Shown here piece after piece: positions 8,391-17,176 of a stretch of DNA of 64,000 nucleotides. Under the pieces are notes generated by a model, which worked only from the letters and a program-made list of their open reading frames with translations, made no database searches and was not told the origin of the DNA. How positions within the stretch are numbered: the first letter of the stretch is position 1; the number at the start of each line of letters is the position of its first letter. The DNA is from Acidimicrobiales bacterium (GTDB lineage: Bacteria; Actinomycetota; Acidimicrobiia; Acidimicrobiales; Ilumatobacteraceae): contig JBBQEU010000001.1 in NCBI GenBank assembly GCA_038321235.1, positions 51,698 to 115,697 on the forward strand. The letters are read 5' to 3'. A program made the position numbers and the translations under genes.

Positions 8391-11300
8391 ATCGTCGGGT
8401 TCCGCGATGAGCGAATAGGAGGCCGCCAGCTGCTGCGCGGCGACCTCGGCGTGGAGACCGTCAGCGGCCAGGGTTCGACGTTGCGCAGCGAGGTACAGCG
8501 CACCGGTGTACAGCGATCGGCTGTTCAAGAAGTCGAGGACCGGTTGTGTCGACTCGAACCAGTCGGGCTCCAACTGTCCCATTTGTTCGGCGAGCTCCAG
8601 GCGGAAGGCGCACAGGTGACCGTCGAGCCAGCGTTGTCCGGTGGATTCAGCGACCGCTTGTGCGACCGCTGCGGTGCCGTCGGCGACCTCGAGATGACCG
8701 CATGACTGTCTTGCCCGCGCCAGGATCCACGCGAAGATCGGCACAGCGAGAACCCGGCCGCCGTGGGCAAGACGGTCCTGGAGATCGTCGAGCCGGGCGA
8801 GGCCGACATCGTCGGGTTCGAGAATGAGGTGTGACGCGACGCTCTGGAGTTCTCCGGTGAGGATCGAGTAACCCAGGTCGTAACGGCGGGCTTGCTCCAG
8901 GAAGCGGTCACTCAACTCGACGAAGTGCTGGATGTCGTCTCGCTGCATCGGGCTCGACGCAGCGACCGTGATGAGGAGCGTCTGGGTCGAGGGACCCAAC
9001 GTCGCAGCCTGTTCTGACGCCCGCTCGTGCGCGGCTGCGGCCTCGGCGTACCGACCCAGCGATGCGAACGCCTCGCCTCGAAAAGCATTGATCATCGGGA
9101 CGACGGCGATGCCGAGGCCCCGATTGAAGTCGTCGGTATCGCTCGGGTCAGCCGCCAAGTGGGGCTCGGTCAGCTCGATGCAGTCGAGCGGCCATCCCTC
9201 GTAGAAGTGCAGCATCGTCTCGAGGGCATCCAGCGCGATCCGAACGTCGGGCATCGACCGACCCTTGGCAATCGTCTCGCTGATCGCTGCGGTTCGGCGA
9301 GCCTCGCTGATGTCACGTTGGCACACCGTGGTGGCCAGTACAGCGTTTCCCATCGCACGGTGCCAGTCGAACTCCTGGGCCTCGGTGAGTTCGAGAATGT
9401 TCGACCACGCCGTTTCGAGTTGCTCGTGGCCAAACCCGTGGAGGTTGGACAAGGCTCCGGCTCGGGCGATCTCGAGCTCGACCTGGCGCGAGCGGTCGGT
9501 GGGATCAACTGATTCCAATGCCTTGCGGTAAAAGCGTTCCGCCTCCGATGCCGACGCCGTGCGGTTCGCCAACTCAGCGGCGCGCTGCCACCAGACGCTC
9601 GCGTCAGCGTCGTGCCCAGCGGCTTCGAGGTGCTCCGCGACGAGGTCGGGGCGCCGGTCCGCCAGCATTGGATGCCGGTCTGCAATGCCCCTGGCCATCG
9701 TGAGATGTAGCCGGCTTCGGTCACGGCGCAGCATCGAGTCGTAGACCGCGTCGCGCATCAGGCTGTGCTTGAAGACGAACTCGGTCGTCCCAGCGGCCTC
9801 GCGTTCGAAGAACACGCCGTTCTGCACGCCGAGCTCCAGGTCCTCACGCCACTCTGATTCGGGCTGATCGAGCAGCAGTTCGAGATCGGCCACCGAGAAT
9901 TCCCGACCGACGATCGAAGCTGCACGCGCCACGGGCCGGACACCGCGAACAGAATCGAGGCGGGCCATCAGGACGTTCTGCACGGTGGCCGGGACCTCGA
10001 AGCCCTCGGGGTTCCGCACCGCAGCGTCGGCGAGCTCCTCGAGGAACAGCGGGACGCCGTCGCCCCGGTCGACGATCGAGTCGACGACACCTGCGTCGAG
10101 CGCGTTCCCCGTGATCGATCGCACCAACGCTTGACTCTGGGCTCGATCCAGCCGGCTGAGGTCCAATCGGGTGACGGAGATCTCGTCGTGGAGCTCGCGG
10201 ACCCGCTCGGGCCTCGAGGTGAGCAGCACCAGGAGCGGTTCGCGTAGAGATCGAGATGCCAGGCGCTCCACGAAGTCGAGGGTGGTGGGATCCGCCCAGT
10301 GAAGGTCTTCGATCACAAGCACGGTCGCCTGGCGGCGGGCGAGGGTTGCTATCCAGTCCAGCATGAACTCGAACAGTTCGATTCGCTGCACCGCCGCATC
10401 CTCGTACGGCGGTGACGCTGCGTCCTCGAGGCCGTGCAGGCTCGTCAGCATCCTCACCGCATGGTCCGGATCGAGATCGATGTTGGCCATGTGGGTCTCG
10501 ATCGCTGACCGCCGTGCAGCCGCTGTCGCATCGACGCGGAAGCCAAGTCCTCGCGCCTGGAGCTCCGCAATCGGGAACAGCGGTGCCGAGCGAGCGAGGG
10601 GCGTGCACATCGAGTCCAGCCACGAGTGTGCGACATCGACCAACGACTCGCGGAAGGCGTCGACGAGACTGGATTTTCCGACTCCCGCCTCGCCGATGAT
10701 CTCGATGATGCCGCCGACGCCGGCCTCCGCACGGATCCAGCAGTCATGCATCAGGTCGATGTCACTCGCTCGGCCGAGCAGTGGGTTGGTGGTCGACCGG
10801 CCGGCTCGTCGTCTCAGCCCACCCACGGCCGTCACGCGGATGATCGATACAGGCTCGGCGAAGCCTTTGAGCTCGCGGGCGCCGAGATCCTCGGTGATGA
10901 AGATGCCGGCGACGAGCCGGCGCGTCTCGCCGGAGATGACGACGGCGTTGGTCGGCGCGACCGACTCGATGCGGGCCGCCAGATTGGCAGTTCTGCCCAT
11001 GGCTTGGGTCGTGCCCGCCACGTGATCGAGCACGACGGGTCCGGTATGAATGCCGACGCGGACCGACAGCTCACGATCGATGGCGAGGCCACCGGTCTCG
11101 TTGAGATCGACGACGGCGCTGAGCATTGACAAGCCAGCGCGCACCGCGCGTTCGGGAGCATCCTCCTGTGCGACCGGGTAGCCGAAGTAGGCGATCAGCC
11201 CGTCGCCCATGTAGCCGCCGACATAGCCACCGAACTCCTCGATGGAGGCGGTTGCCATCTCGAGCGAGGCCCGCATCGCTTCGCTCCAATCCTCCGAGCT

Positions 11301-11600
11301 GACGATCTCGGAGAGCTCCGTCGATCCAACGGTGTCGAAGAACAACACGGTCAGGTTGCGGATCTCGCCATCGGGAAGTTCGTCCGGCTGGCGTGCCGTC
11401 ATCGGCTCCGGCTCGACGGTCGAGTCGATCAGCACCACGACGTCGCCATCGATCCGCGCCACCCCTCGCACGACGAGTTCGTCGATGATCTCAGCGACGA
11501 GATCATCGTCACCGAGCTCCCTTCGTAGGCCGCGGCGCGACACCCGCCCATGCCGACGCAGGAGTTCCTGTGCGTCATCGACGTGTGTGAAGAAGTCCAC
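8349..11600 (-). CDS. adenylate/guanylate cyclase domain - AAA(STAND) ATPase - TPR multidomain regulator
   Basis: Class III cyclase core (LTVLFFDTVGSTEL ... GGYMGDGLIAYFG ... VRVGIHTGPVV ... GRTANLAARIES), then Walker A GEAGVGKSSLV, Walker B LVIEDLHWAD and a long helical-repeat C-terminus. I chose start GTG 11600, preceded by GGAG at 6 nt. Confidence 0.8.
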   Translation of the reverse strand: MDFFTHVDDAQELLRRHGRVSRRGLRRELGDDDLVAEIIDELVVRGVARIDGDVVVLIDSTVEPEPMTARQPDELPDGEIRNLTVLFFDTVGSTELSEIVSSEDWSEAMRASLEMATASIEEFGGYVGGYMGDGLIAYFGYPVAQEDAPERAVRAGLSMLSAVVDLNETGGLAIDRELSVRVGIHTGPVVLDHVAGTTQAMGRTANLAARIESVAPTNAVVISGETRRLVAGIFITEDLGARELKGFAEPVSIIRVTAVGGLRRRAGRSTTNPLLGRASDIDLMHDCWIRAEAGVGGIIEIIGEAGVGKSSLVDAFRESLVDVAHSWLDSMCTPLARSAPLFPIAELQARGLGFRVDATAAARRSAIETHMANIDLDPDHAVRMLTSLHGLEDAASPPYEDAAVQRIELFEFMLDWIATLARRQATVLVIEDLHWADPTTLDFVERLASRSLREPLLVLLTSRPERVRELHDEISVTRLDLSRLDRAQSQALVRSITGNALDAGVVDSIVDRGDGVPLFLEELADAAVRNPEGFEVPATVQNVLMARLDSVRGVRPVARAASIVGREFSVADLELLLDQPESEWREDLELGVQNGVFFEREAAGTTEFVFKHSLMRDAVYDSMLRRDRSRLHLTMARGIADRHPMLADRRPDLVAEHLEAAGHDADASVWWQRAAELANRTASASEAERFYRKALESVDPTDRSRQVELEIARAGALSNLHGFGHEQLETAWSNILELTEAQEFDWHRAMGNAVLATTVCQRDISEARRTAAISETIAKGRSMPDVRIALDALETMLHFYEGWPLDCIELTEPHLAADPSDTDDFNRGLGIAVVPMINAFRGEAFASLGRYAEAAAAHERASEQAATLGPSTQTLLITVAASSPMQRDDIQHFVELSDRFLEQARRYDLGYSILTGELQSVASHLILEPDDVGLARLDDLQDRLAHGGRVLAVPIFAWILARARQSCGHLEVADGTAAVAQAVAESTGQRWLDGHLCAFRLELAEQMGQLEPDWFESTQPVLDFLNSRSLYTGALYLAAQRRTLAADGLHAEVAAQQLAASYSLIAEPDDSPLLVRARTLLGT

Positions 11601-11790
11601 CGCGTGCTCCGATCGGCTGCCTGTGCGGACACCGTAGCTGACAGCTCTTCGCTGGAGGGATGGCAGGAGCGTCGGTCGTGCCGTGGCATGGCAGTGACCG
11701 GTGTCTCGTGCGGTGACCCAACCTGCCTGTGGCACTATCTGATGGTTCGGGTGTCGTCAACGCGGCCGACACGAGTCGTCAGGGGGCGAG

Positions 11791-13284
11791 ATGACAACGG
11801 TGACCCACGTGGTGATGTCGGACCTGCACCTCGGCGCGGGCTACAGCCTGCTGACCGACGCCGACGATCGAGGTGTAGCGCGTCCGACGTCGCCGTCACC
11901 CACGCTCGTCAGCCTGGCGGCCGGATTCCGTTCACTCCTGCCCCGACTCAGCGGTGAGGAGCGGCCCACGCTGGTCTTGCTCGGCGATGTCTACGACCTC
12001 TCGTTCGCCACGCCGGCGTCAGCGACTGCAGCGTTCCAGCGCTTCATCGAGCAGTTCTGGTCGGAACCGGCCATCTTCGCTGACACGATCATCTACGTCC
12101 CCGGCAACCACGATCATCGCATGTGGCGGCTGATGCGCGACGCCGCGTTCCTGGAGAGCGTGCGGCGAGGCGATCAGGAGCCCGACGAACTCGTCGTGAC
12201 CGGGCTCGAAGCCGAGTCGATGGTGGCCTGTGAACTGGCGACCGTGCTCGCGCAGCAGGCCACCGGCAACCCGGGCCTGTCCGTCGTGTCCGGCTATCCG
12301 AACATCGGGGTCGAAGCCGATGGCAACGTCGTCGTCATGCACCACGGCCACTACACCGAGGGCACCTATCGGTTGATGTCGAAGGTCGCCGAGGTGGTCG
12401 GCGGGCGTCCCGCGACGTCCGACTTGCGACACGTCGAGATGCTCAATGGTCCGTGGATCGATTTCGGATGGTCGAACAGCGGCGACGAGGGCGAGCTCGG
12501 TCCGCTGCTCTACCGCTACTACGAGACGATGCAGGACCCGGCCGCGACGCAAACGAGCATCCAGCAACTGGCGACGACGATGATCGAGGCGGCATCGAGG
12601 ATCTTTCCCGTGCGATCCAGCACGCGGATCGACGTCCGCGGTTTCGACGTGTCCGTCCAGGGCATCACTGAGGCGTTGCTCGATCTGACGCTTGCTCGTG
12701 CAGCCCAGAACGAACGCGGTTCGGTCACCAACGTGCTGTCACCGGATGCGGTGGAGGGCGTACGGAGTTACCTCGCCGGGCCGGTCCGCTCCCAGCTCGC
12801 GACGGCCCGGTGGACGGGGCGATTGATCGACGGGGCCCCACACTCGGACCGACGCCTGTCCTTCGTCTTCGGACACACCCACAAGCCGTTCCAGGACGAG
12901 TTCCTCGTGCCGGGATATTCCCAACCGGTCCAGGTCTGGAACACCGGCGGCTGGGTCCTCGACCATCCCGGGCTGAGCCCGACCCAAGGCGGCGCGGCGA
13001 TCCTCGTCGACGACGAAGCGAACGTCGCCTCGCTCAGGCTCTTCAACGATCCGCTCGATGGTTCCGTCGGCACGGTGCGCGCCGCTGGCTGTGCCGACGA
13101 TCCCGACAACCCGCTCGTCGCGGCGCTCTCGTCCGCGCTCGCCGCCGACCCCACAGCGTGGGATGCGTTCTCGAGCGACTGCCTCGTCGGGATCGAACAC
13201 CGCGCTGCGATCCTGCGTACGACGTACTTCGATCCAATGGCCCACCCGCCAGCGCCGACCCATCCACGAAGGAGCCTTCGATGA
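11791..13284 (+). CDS. calcineurin-like metallophosphoesterase
   Basis: ATG preceded by AGGGGG. MPE motif series: VMSDLHLG, LLGDVYDL, VPGNHDH, MHHGHY, FGHTHKP. The stop overlaps the start of the next gene (ATGA at 13281). Confidence 0.8.
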   Translation: MTTVTHVVMSDLHLGAGYSLLTDADDRGVARPTSPSPTLVSLAAGFRSLLPRLSGEERPTLVLLGDVYDLSFATPASATAAFQRFIEQFWSEPAIFADTIIYVPGNHDHRMWRLMRDAAFLESVRRGDQEPDELVVTGLEAESMVACELATVLAQQATGNPGLSVVSGYPNIGVEADGNVVVMHHGHYTEGTYRLMSKVAEVVGGRPATSDLRHVEMLNGPWIDFGWSNSGDEGELGPLLYRYYETMQDPAATQTSIQQLATTMIEAASRIFPVRSSTRIDVRGFDVSVQGITEALLDLTLARAAQNERGSVTNVLSPDAVEGVRSYLAGPVRSQLATARWTGRLIDGAPHSDRRLSFVFGHTHKPFQDEFLVPGYSQPVQVWNTGGWVLDHPGLSPTQGGAAILVDDEANVASLRLFNDPLDGSVGTVRAAGCADDPDNPLVAALSSALAADPTAWDAFSSDCLVGIEHRAAILRTTYFDPMAHPPAPTHPRRSLR

Positions 13285-16200
13285 CCCGTATCTCGTCGTC
13301 GATCGACCAACTGAAGTCCTCCTACACGGTCGTCGTCGTCGGCTCGGGCTACGGAGGCGGCATAGCGGCATCGAGGCTCGCTCGTGCAGGCCAGCGCGTC
13401 TGTGTGTTGGAGCGCGGCAAGGAGATCCGGCCCGGGGAGTACCCGAGCACTCTCAGCGAGGTCGCTGCGCAGGTGCAGGTCGACTCCGAGCACGAGCACC
13501 AGGGCGACAAGACGGCGCTGTTCGACATCCACATGAATCGCGACGTGACGGCGTTGGTCGGTTGTGGGCTGGGCGGGACGTCGTTGATCAACGCCAACGT
13601 GTCGCTCGAGACCGATCCGGATGTGTTCACGGCCGACCACTGGCCGGCGGTGTTCCGTGAACAACCCGAGTTGATGGCGGACTTCTACAAGCGAGCCCGG
13701 TCGATGCTCGACCCGACACCGTACCCGCAGGAGACCCGCCCCCTGAACAAGGTGGCCGCACTGAAGGTGTCCGCCGACGCGATCGGCGCCCGGTTCGAGT
13801 GCCCGCCGATCAACGTGAACTTCGTCGACAAGGTCAACGCCTTCGGCGTCTACCAGCCCGCCTGCACCAACTGTGGCGACTGTGTCAGCGGATGCAACTA
13901 CGGCGCAAAGAACACGACGTTGATGAACTACCTGCCGGACGCGCACAACCACGGAGCCGAGATCTTCACCGAGATCTCTGTCAGCTACGTCGAGCGTGAC
14001 GGTGACCTCTGGCGCGTGTACGTCCAACCGTTGGGGGGAGCGACACCGTTCGCCACCGCTGACGGCGAGCGCAGATCGATCGTCGCCGACGTCGTGGTGC
14101 TCGCTGCCGGGACGCTCGGATCGACCGAGATCCTCCTGCGTTCGCGCGACAACGGCCTCGAGCTGTCACCTGCGCTCGGCAGCCACTTCTCGGGCAACGG
14201 CGACGTGCTCGGCTTCGGCTACGACAACAACTGGAAGCGTCCGCCCAGCGACACGGTCAAGGTCGCTGATCCGTCGCCGTCGCCGTCGGCTCCCGACACC
14301 GAGTGGACGCCCATCAACGGCATCGGGATCGGACAGAACAAGGTCGACCGTTCCAAGTGGCCGGGTCCATGCATCGCCGGAATGATCGACCTTCGAAACG
14401 CGCCACGAGTCCAGGATCGGTTGATCATCGAAGAGGGTGTGATCCCAGGAGCGATCGCTGCCGCCGTCGTCCCCGGATTCTTCGCTGGTGATGTCATCGG
14501 TGGGAATCCCCTCGCCTTTGGTCCGCTCGAGGCCAAGGATCGTCTCCTCGCGGCGGCAGATCTGGCCGAGGTGATCCGCACGCATCCAGGCTCGTTGGCG
14601 AGCCAGGCGTATGCCGGCACGCTGAATCGGAGCCAGACATACTTGGTGATGAGCCACGACCATGCCAACGGTCAACTCGGCTTGGTCGACGATCGCCTGC
14701 GCATCGAGTGGCCGCACGCCGGGAACGAGACGGTGTTCAAGCGCGACAACGACATCCTGCGCCGTGTCAACGCTGCCGTGCATGGGCAGTCGATGCCGAA
14801 CCCGATGTGGAGCGGGGCGATGGGAAAGCAACTGGTCACCGTGCATCCCGTCGGCGGCTGCCGGATGGCCGACGAGTGGGATCACGGCGTGGTCAACGAC
14901 CGCAGCCAGGTCTTCCGCTCGCCGTCGGAGGTACACGACGGACTGTACGTCTGCGATGGCGCGGTGTTGCCCGGGGCGGTCGGGGTCAATCCTCTGCTCA
15001 CCATCTCGGCGCTTGCCGAACGGTCGGTCGAACTGTTGGCGCACGATCGTGGCTGGACGATCGACTACACGTTGGCCGCCGAACAGATCGGCCACCGCCC
15101 GTTCTCGTCGCCCCGTCCGGGGCGTCCGTCCCCGCCCCCGCCGACCGGGCCGATCCAGTACTTGGGACGGGTGCTCTCGGCGTTCGGCCGCGTGCTGCTC
15201 ACCCTCGGCGCCCTGCTGCTCACTGGGCTCAAGAAAGTGGTCACGCCACTCATCCGGCACATCGTCAAGTGGTACATCGAGCATCGGCCGGAGAAGGTCG
15301 CGCCGAGCATGTCGTTCACCGAGACGATGACGGGCTGGTACTCGGATCGCTACACAGACACCGAGGTTCCGCTCTGGGAGCGCATCTCCGATCCCTTCGA
15401 GATCGCCGAGGCCCGAGGCAAGCACGCGAACACCGAGATGGACTTCGAGCTCACCATCGCAATGGAGAACCTCGGCGTCTTCAATGCCGACCCGAAACAC
15501 ATGGCGACGGCGACTGGATGGGTCAACTGCCCGGTGCTCGACGGCGCACACATGACCGTCGAGGGCGGCACGTTCCAGCTGCTGCCGCCCGACCCCGATC
15601 ACGTCGACCGGTGGTTGATGGTCTACGACCTCCCGCTCGTTCGTAAAGACGGTTCGCGTCTCAGGTTCCACGGCGTCAAACACCTCGAACGGGCGCCGGG
15701 CTCCGACGCCTGGACCGACCTGACCAAGCTGTTCGTGACCGTCTCGGACGACGACGGCGCGCCGATCGGCCGCGGCGTCCTCCGGCTCGATCTCCAAGAC
15801 TTCGTCCGTCAGGGGTACACGGCCACGATGGACTCCCACGCCGGGTGGTTCAGCCGTATCGGTTGGCTGGATCGGGCCCTCAAGTTGCAGTTCGGAGGGA
15901 CCTTCGCCTCCAACTTCGGGCTGACAGTGATCCAGGCCTACGGCGGCCTCTTGTCGGACCTCGGCAACTTCGATGTCACCGAGGACCAGAATCGGCTGAA
16001 GCGCGTGGCACCGCCGAGAACGTGTCCCGCCCCTGCACCCGAGGAGATCGTCGTCTCGACCTCCCATGGCCCAGGGTCGGGAGACCCGTTCGAACTCAAG
16101 CTGTATCACTACCCGGGCGGCAAGAAGGGCCCGGTGATCCTGGCGCCCGGCTTCGCGATCACCGCGGCATCGTTTGCCACGACGACCATTGACGTGAACA

Positions 16201-17102
16201 TCGTCGAGTTCCTCCACGAGCATGACTACGACGTGTGGCTCTTCGCGTACAGCGGCAGCCCGGATTCGGGATCGTCGACTCGCCTGTTCGACCTCGATGA
16301 CATTGCCGAGTACGACTGGCCTGCCGCCGTGGCGGCGGTCGGCACGGCAACCGGCAAGGACCCGCAGATCATCGCGCATTGCGTGGCGTCGATGACCGTG
16401 CTGATGTCGCTGCTCGGAGGCCACCTCCACGGTGTCAGGAGTGTCATCTCATCGCAGACGACAGTGCACCCGGTGGTCAATTGGCTGAACAACCTGAAAG
16501 CCGATGTCGGTGTTGCGCCACTGATCCGGCACGCGAACATGCCGTCGCTCGGCATCGACTTCCGCGACCAGATCAGCATGGTGCCGCTGCGCCCTCACGA
16601 AGGGACCAGTGTCCAGCAGCAGGGTGACCGGCTCGTCGATGCGGCGATGTTCATGGTCCCGGTCCCGGAGGGGGAGGCGTGTACCAACCCGGTGTGTCAC
16701 CGCGTGTTCTCGATCTTCGGTCCCGCATGGACGCATGCTCAGCTCAATCACGACACTCACATCGCACTCGCGGAAATGACCGGCGCGGTGTCGACGGGTC
16801 CGTTCGAGCAGATCTCCGACATCGTGACGCGGGGATTCGCGGTCATGGCGGACGGCACCGATGCATACCTGCCCAATGTTGGCAACCTTCGTCTGCCCAT
16901 CGACTTCCTCGCTGGCCGGCTCAACCAGATCTTCCTCCCCGAGACCTCGGAGCGCACCTACGAGTGGCTCGTTGCGCACAACGGTCCCGAGCACTACACC
17001 CGCCACGTCTTCGCGGACTACGCACACATGGACATCTGGTTCGGACGAGACGCCGTCTCTGACATCTACCCCTATGTGCTCGAGTGCCTCGAGCGCCACT
17101 GA
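13281..17102 (+). CDS. GMC-family (cholesterol-oxidase-like) FAD oxidoreductase fused to an unknown middle region and a C-terminal alpha/beta-hydrolase domain
   Basis: 1273 aa from ATG 13281, with GGAG 6 nt upstream. FAD Rossmann VVVVGSGYGGGIAASRLA and GMC C-terminal HPVGGCRM ... VCDGAVLPGAVGVNPLLTISALAE. A hydrophobic segment follows (VLLTLGALLLTGL). The alpha/beta-hydrolase part carries nucleophile elbow IIAHCVASM, with Cys where Ser is usual. The ORF-track N-terminal extension from 12810 lies inside the previous gene and was rejected. Confidence 0.8.
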   Translation: MTRISSSIDQLKSSYTVVVVGSGYGGGIAASRLARAGQRVCVLERGKEIRPGEYPSTLSEVAAQVQVDSEHEHQGDKTALFDIHMNRDVTALVGCGLGGTSLINANVSLETDPDVFTADHWPAVFREQPELMADFYKRARSMLDPTPYPQETRPLNKVAALKVSADAIGARFECPPINVNFVDKVNAFGVYQPACTNCGDCVSGCNYGAKNTTLMNYLPDAHNHGAEIFTEISVSYVERDGDLWRVYVQPLGGATPFATADGERRSIVADVVVLAAGTLGSTEILLRSRDNGLELSPALGSHFSGNGDVLGFGYDNNWKRPPSDTVKVADPSPSPSAPDTEWTPINGIGIGQNKVDRSKWPGPCIAGMIDLRNAPRVQDRLIIEEGVIPGAIAAAVVPGFFAGDVIGGNPLAFGPLEAKDRLLAAADLAEVIRTHPGSLASQAYAGTLNRSQTYLVMSHDHANGQLGLVDDRLRIEWPHAGNETVFKRDNDILRRVNAAVHGQSMPNPMWSGAMGKQLVTVHPVGGCRMADEWDHGVVNDRSQVFRSPSEVHDGLYVCDGAVLPGAVGVNPLLTISALAERSVELLAHDRGWTIDYTLAAEQIGHRPFSSPRPGRPSPPPPTGPIQYLGRVLSAFGRVLLTLGALLLTGLKKVVTPLIRHIVKWYIEHRPEKVAPSMSFTETMTGWYSDRYTDTEVPLWERISDPFEIAEARGKHANTEMDFELTIAMENLGVFNADPKHMATATGWVNCPVLDGAHMTVEGGTFQLLPPDPDHVDRWLMVYDLPLVRKDGSRLRFHGVKHLERAPGSDAWTDLTKLFVTVSDDDGAPIGRGVLRLDLQDFVRQGYTATMDSHAGWFSRIGWLDRALKLQFGGTFASNFGLTVIQAYGGLLSDLGNFDVTEDQNRLKRVAPPRTCPAPAPEEIVVSTSHGPGSGDPFELKLYHYPGGKKGPVILAPGFAITAASFATTTIDVNIVEFLHEHDYDVWLFAYSGSPDSGSSTRLFDLDDIAEYDWPAAVAAVGTATGKDPQIIAHCVASMTVLMSLLGGHLHGVRSVISSQTTVHPVVNWLNNLKADVGVAPLIRHANMPSLGIDFRDQISMVPLRPHEGTSVQQQGDRLVDAAMFMVPVPEGEACTNPVCHRVFSIFGPAWTHAQLNHDTHIALAEMTGAVSTGPFEQISDIVTRGFAVMADGTDAYLPNVGNLRLPIDFLAGRLNQIFLPETSERTYEWLVAHNGPEHYTRHVFADYAHMDIWFGRDAVSDIYPYVLECLERH

Positions 17103-17176
17103 TCGAGAGTTCTCTCAAGTCGTGTCCGGTCGGTGCCGATGACAGCACGTCCGCCCGCCCGAAACGGAGAGCTTCC

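Noticed and set aside
12810-13280. N-terminal 157-codon extension of the 1430-aa ORF-track entry for the GMC fusion protein.
   Set aside because: The extension lies entirely inside the metallophosphoesterase gene in another frame and is Arg/Pro-rich. ATG 13281, with a GGAG and an ATGA stop-start overlap, immediately precedes the FAD Rossmann motif.
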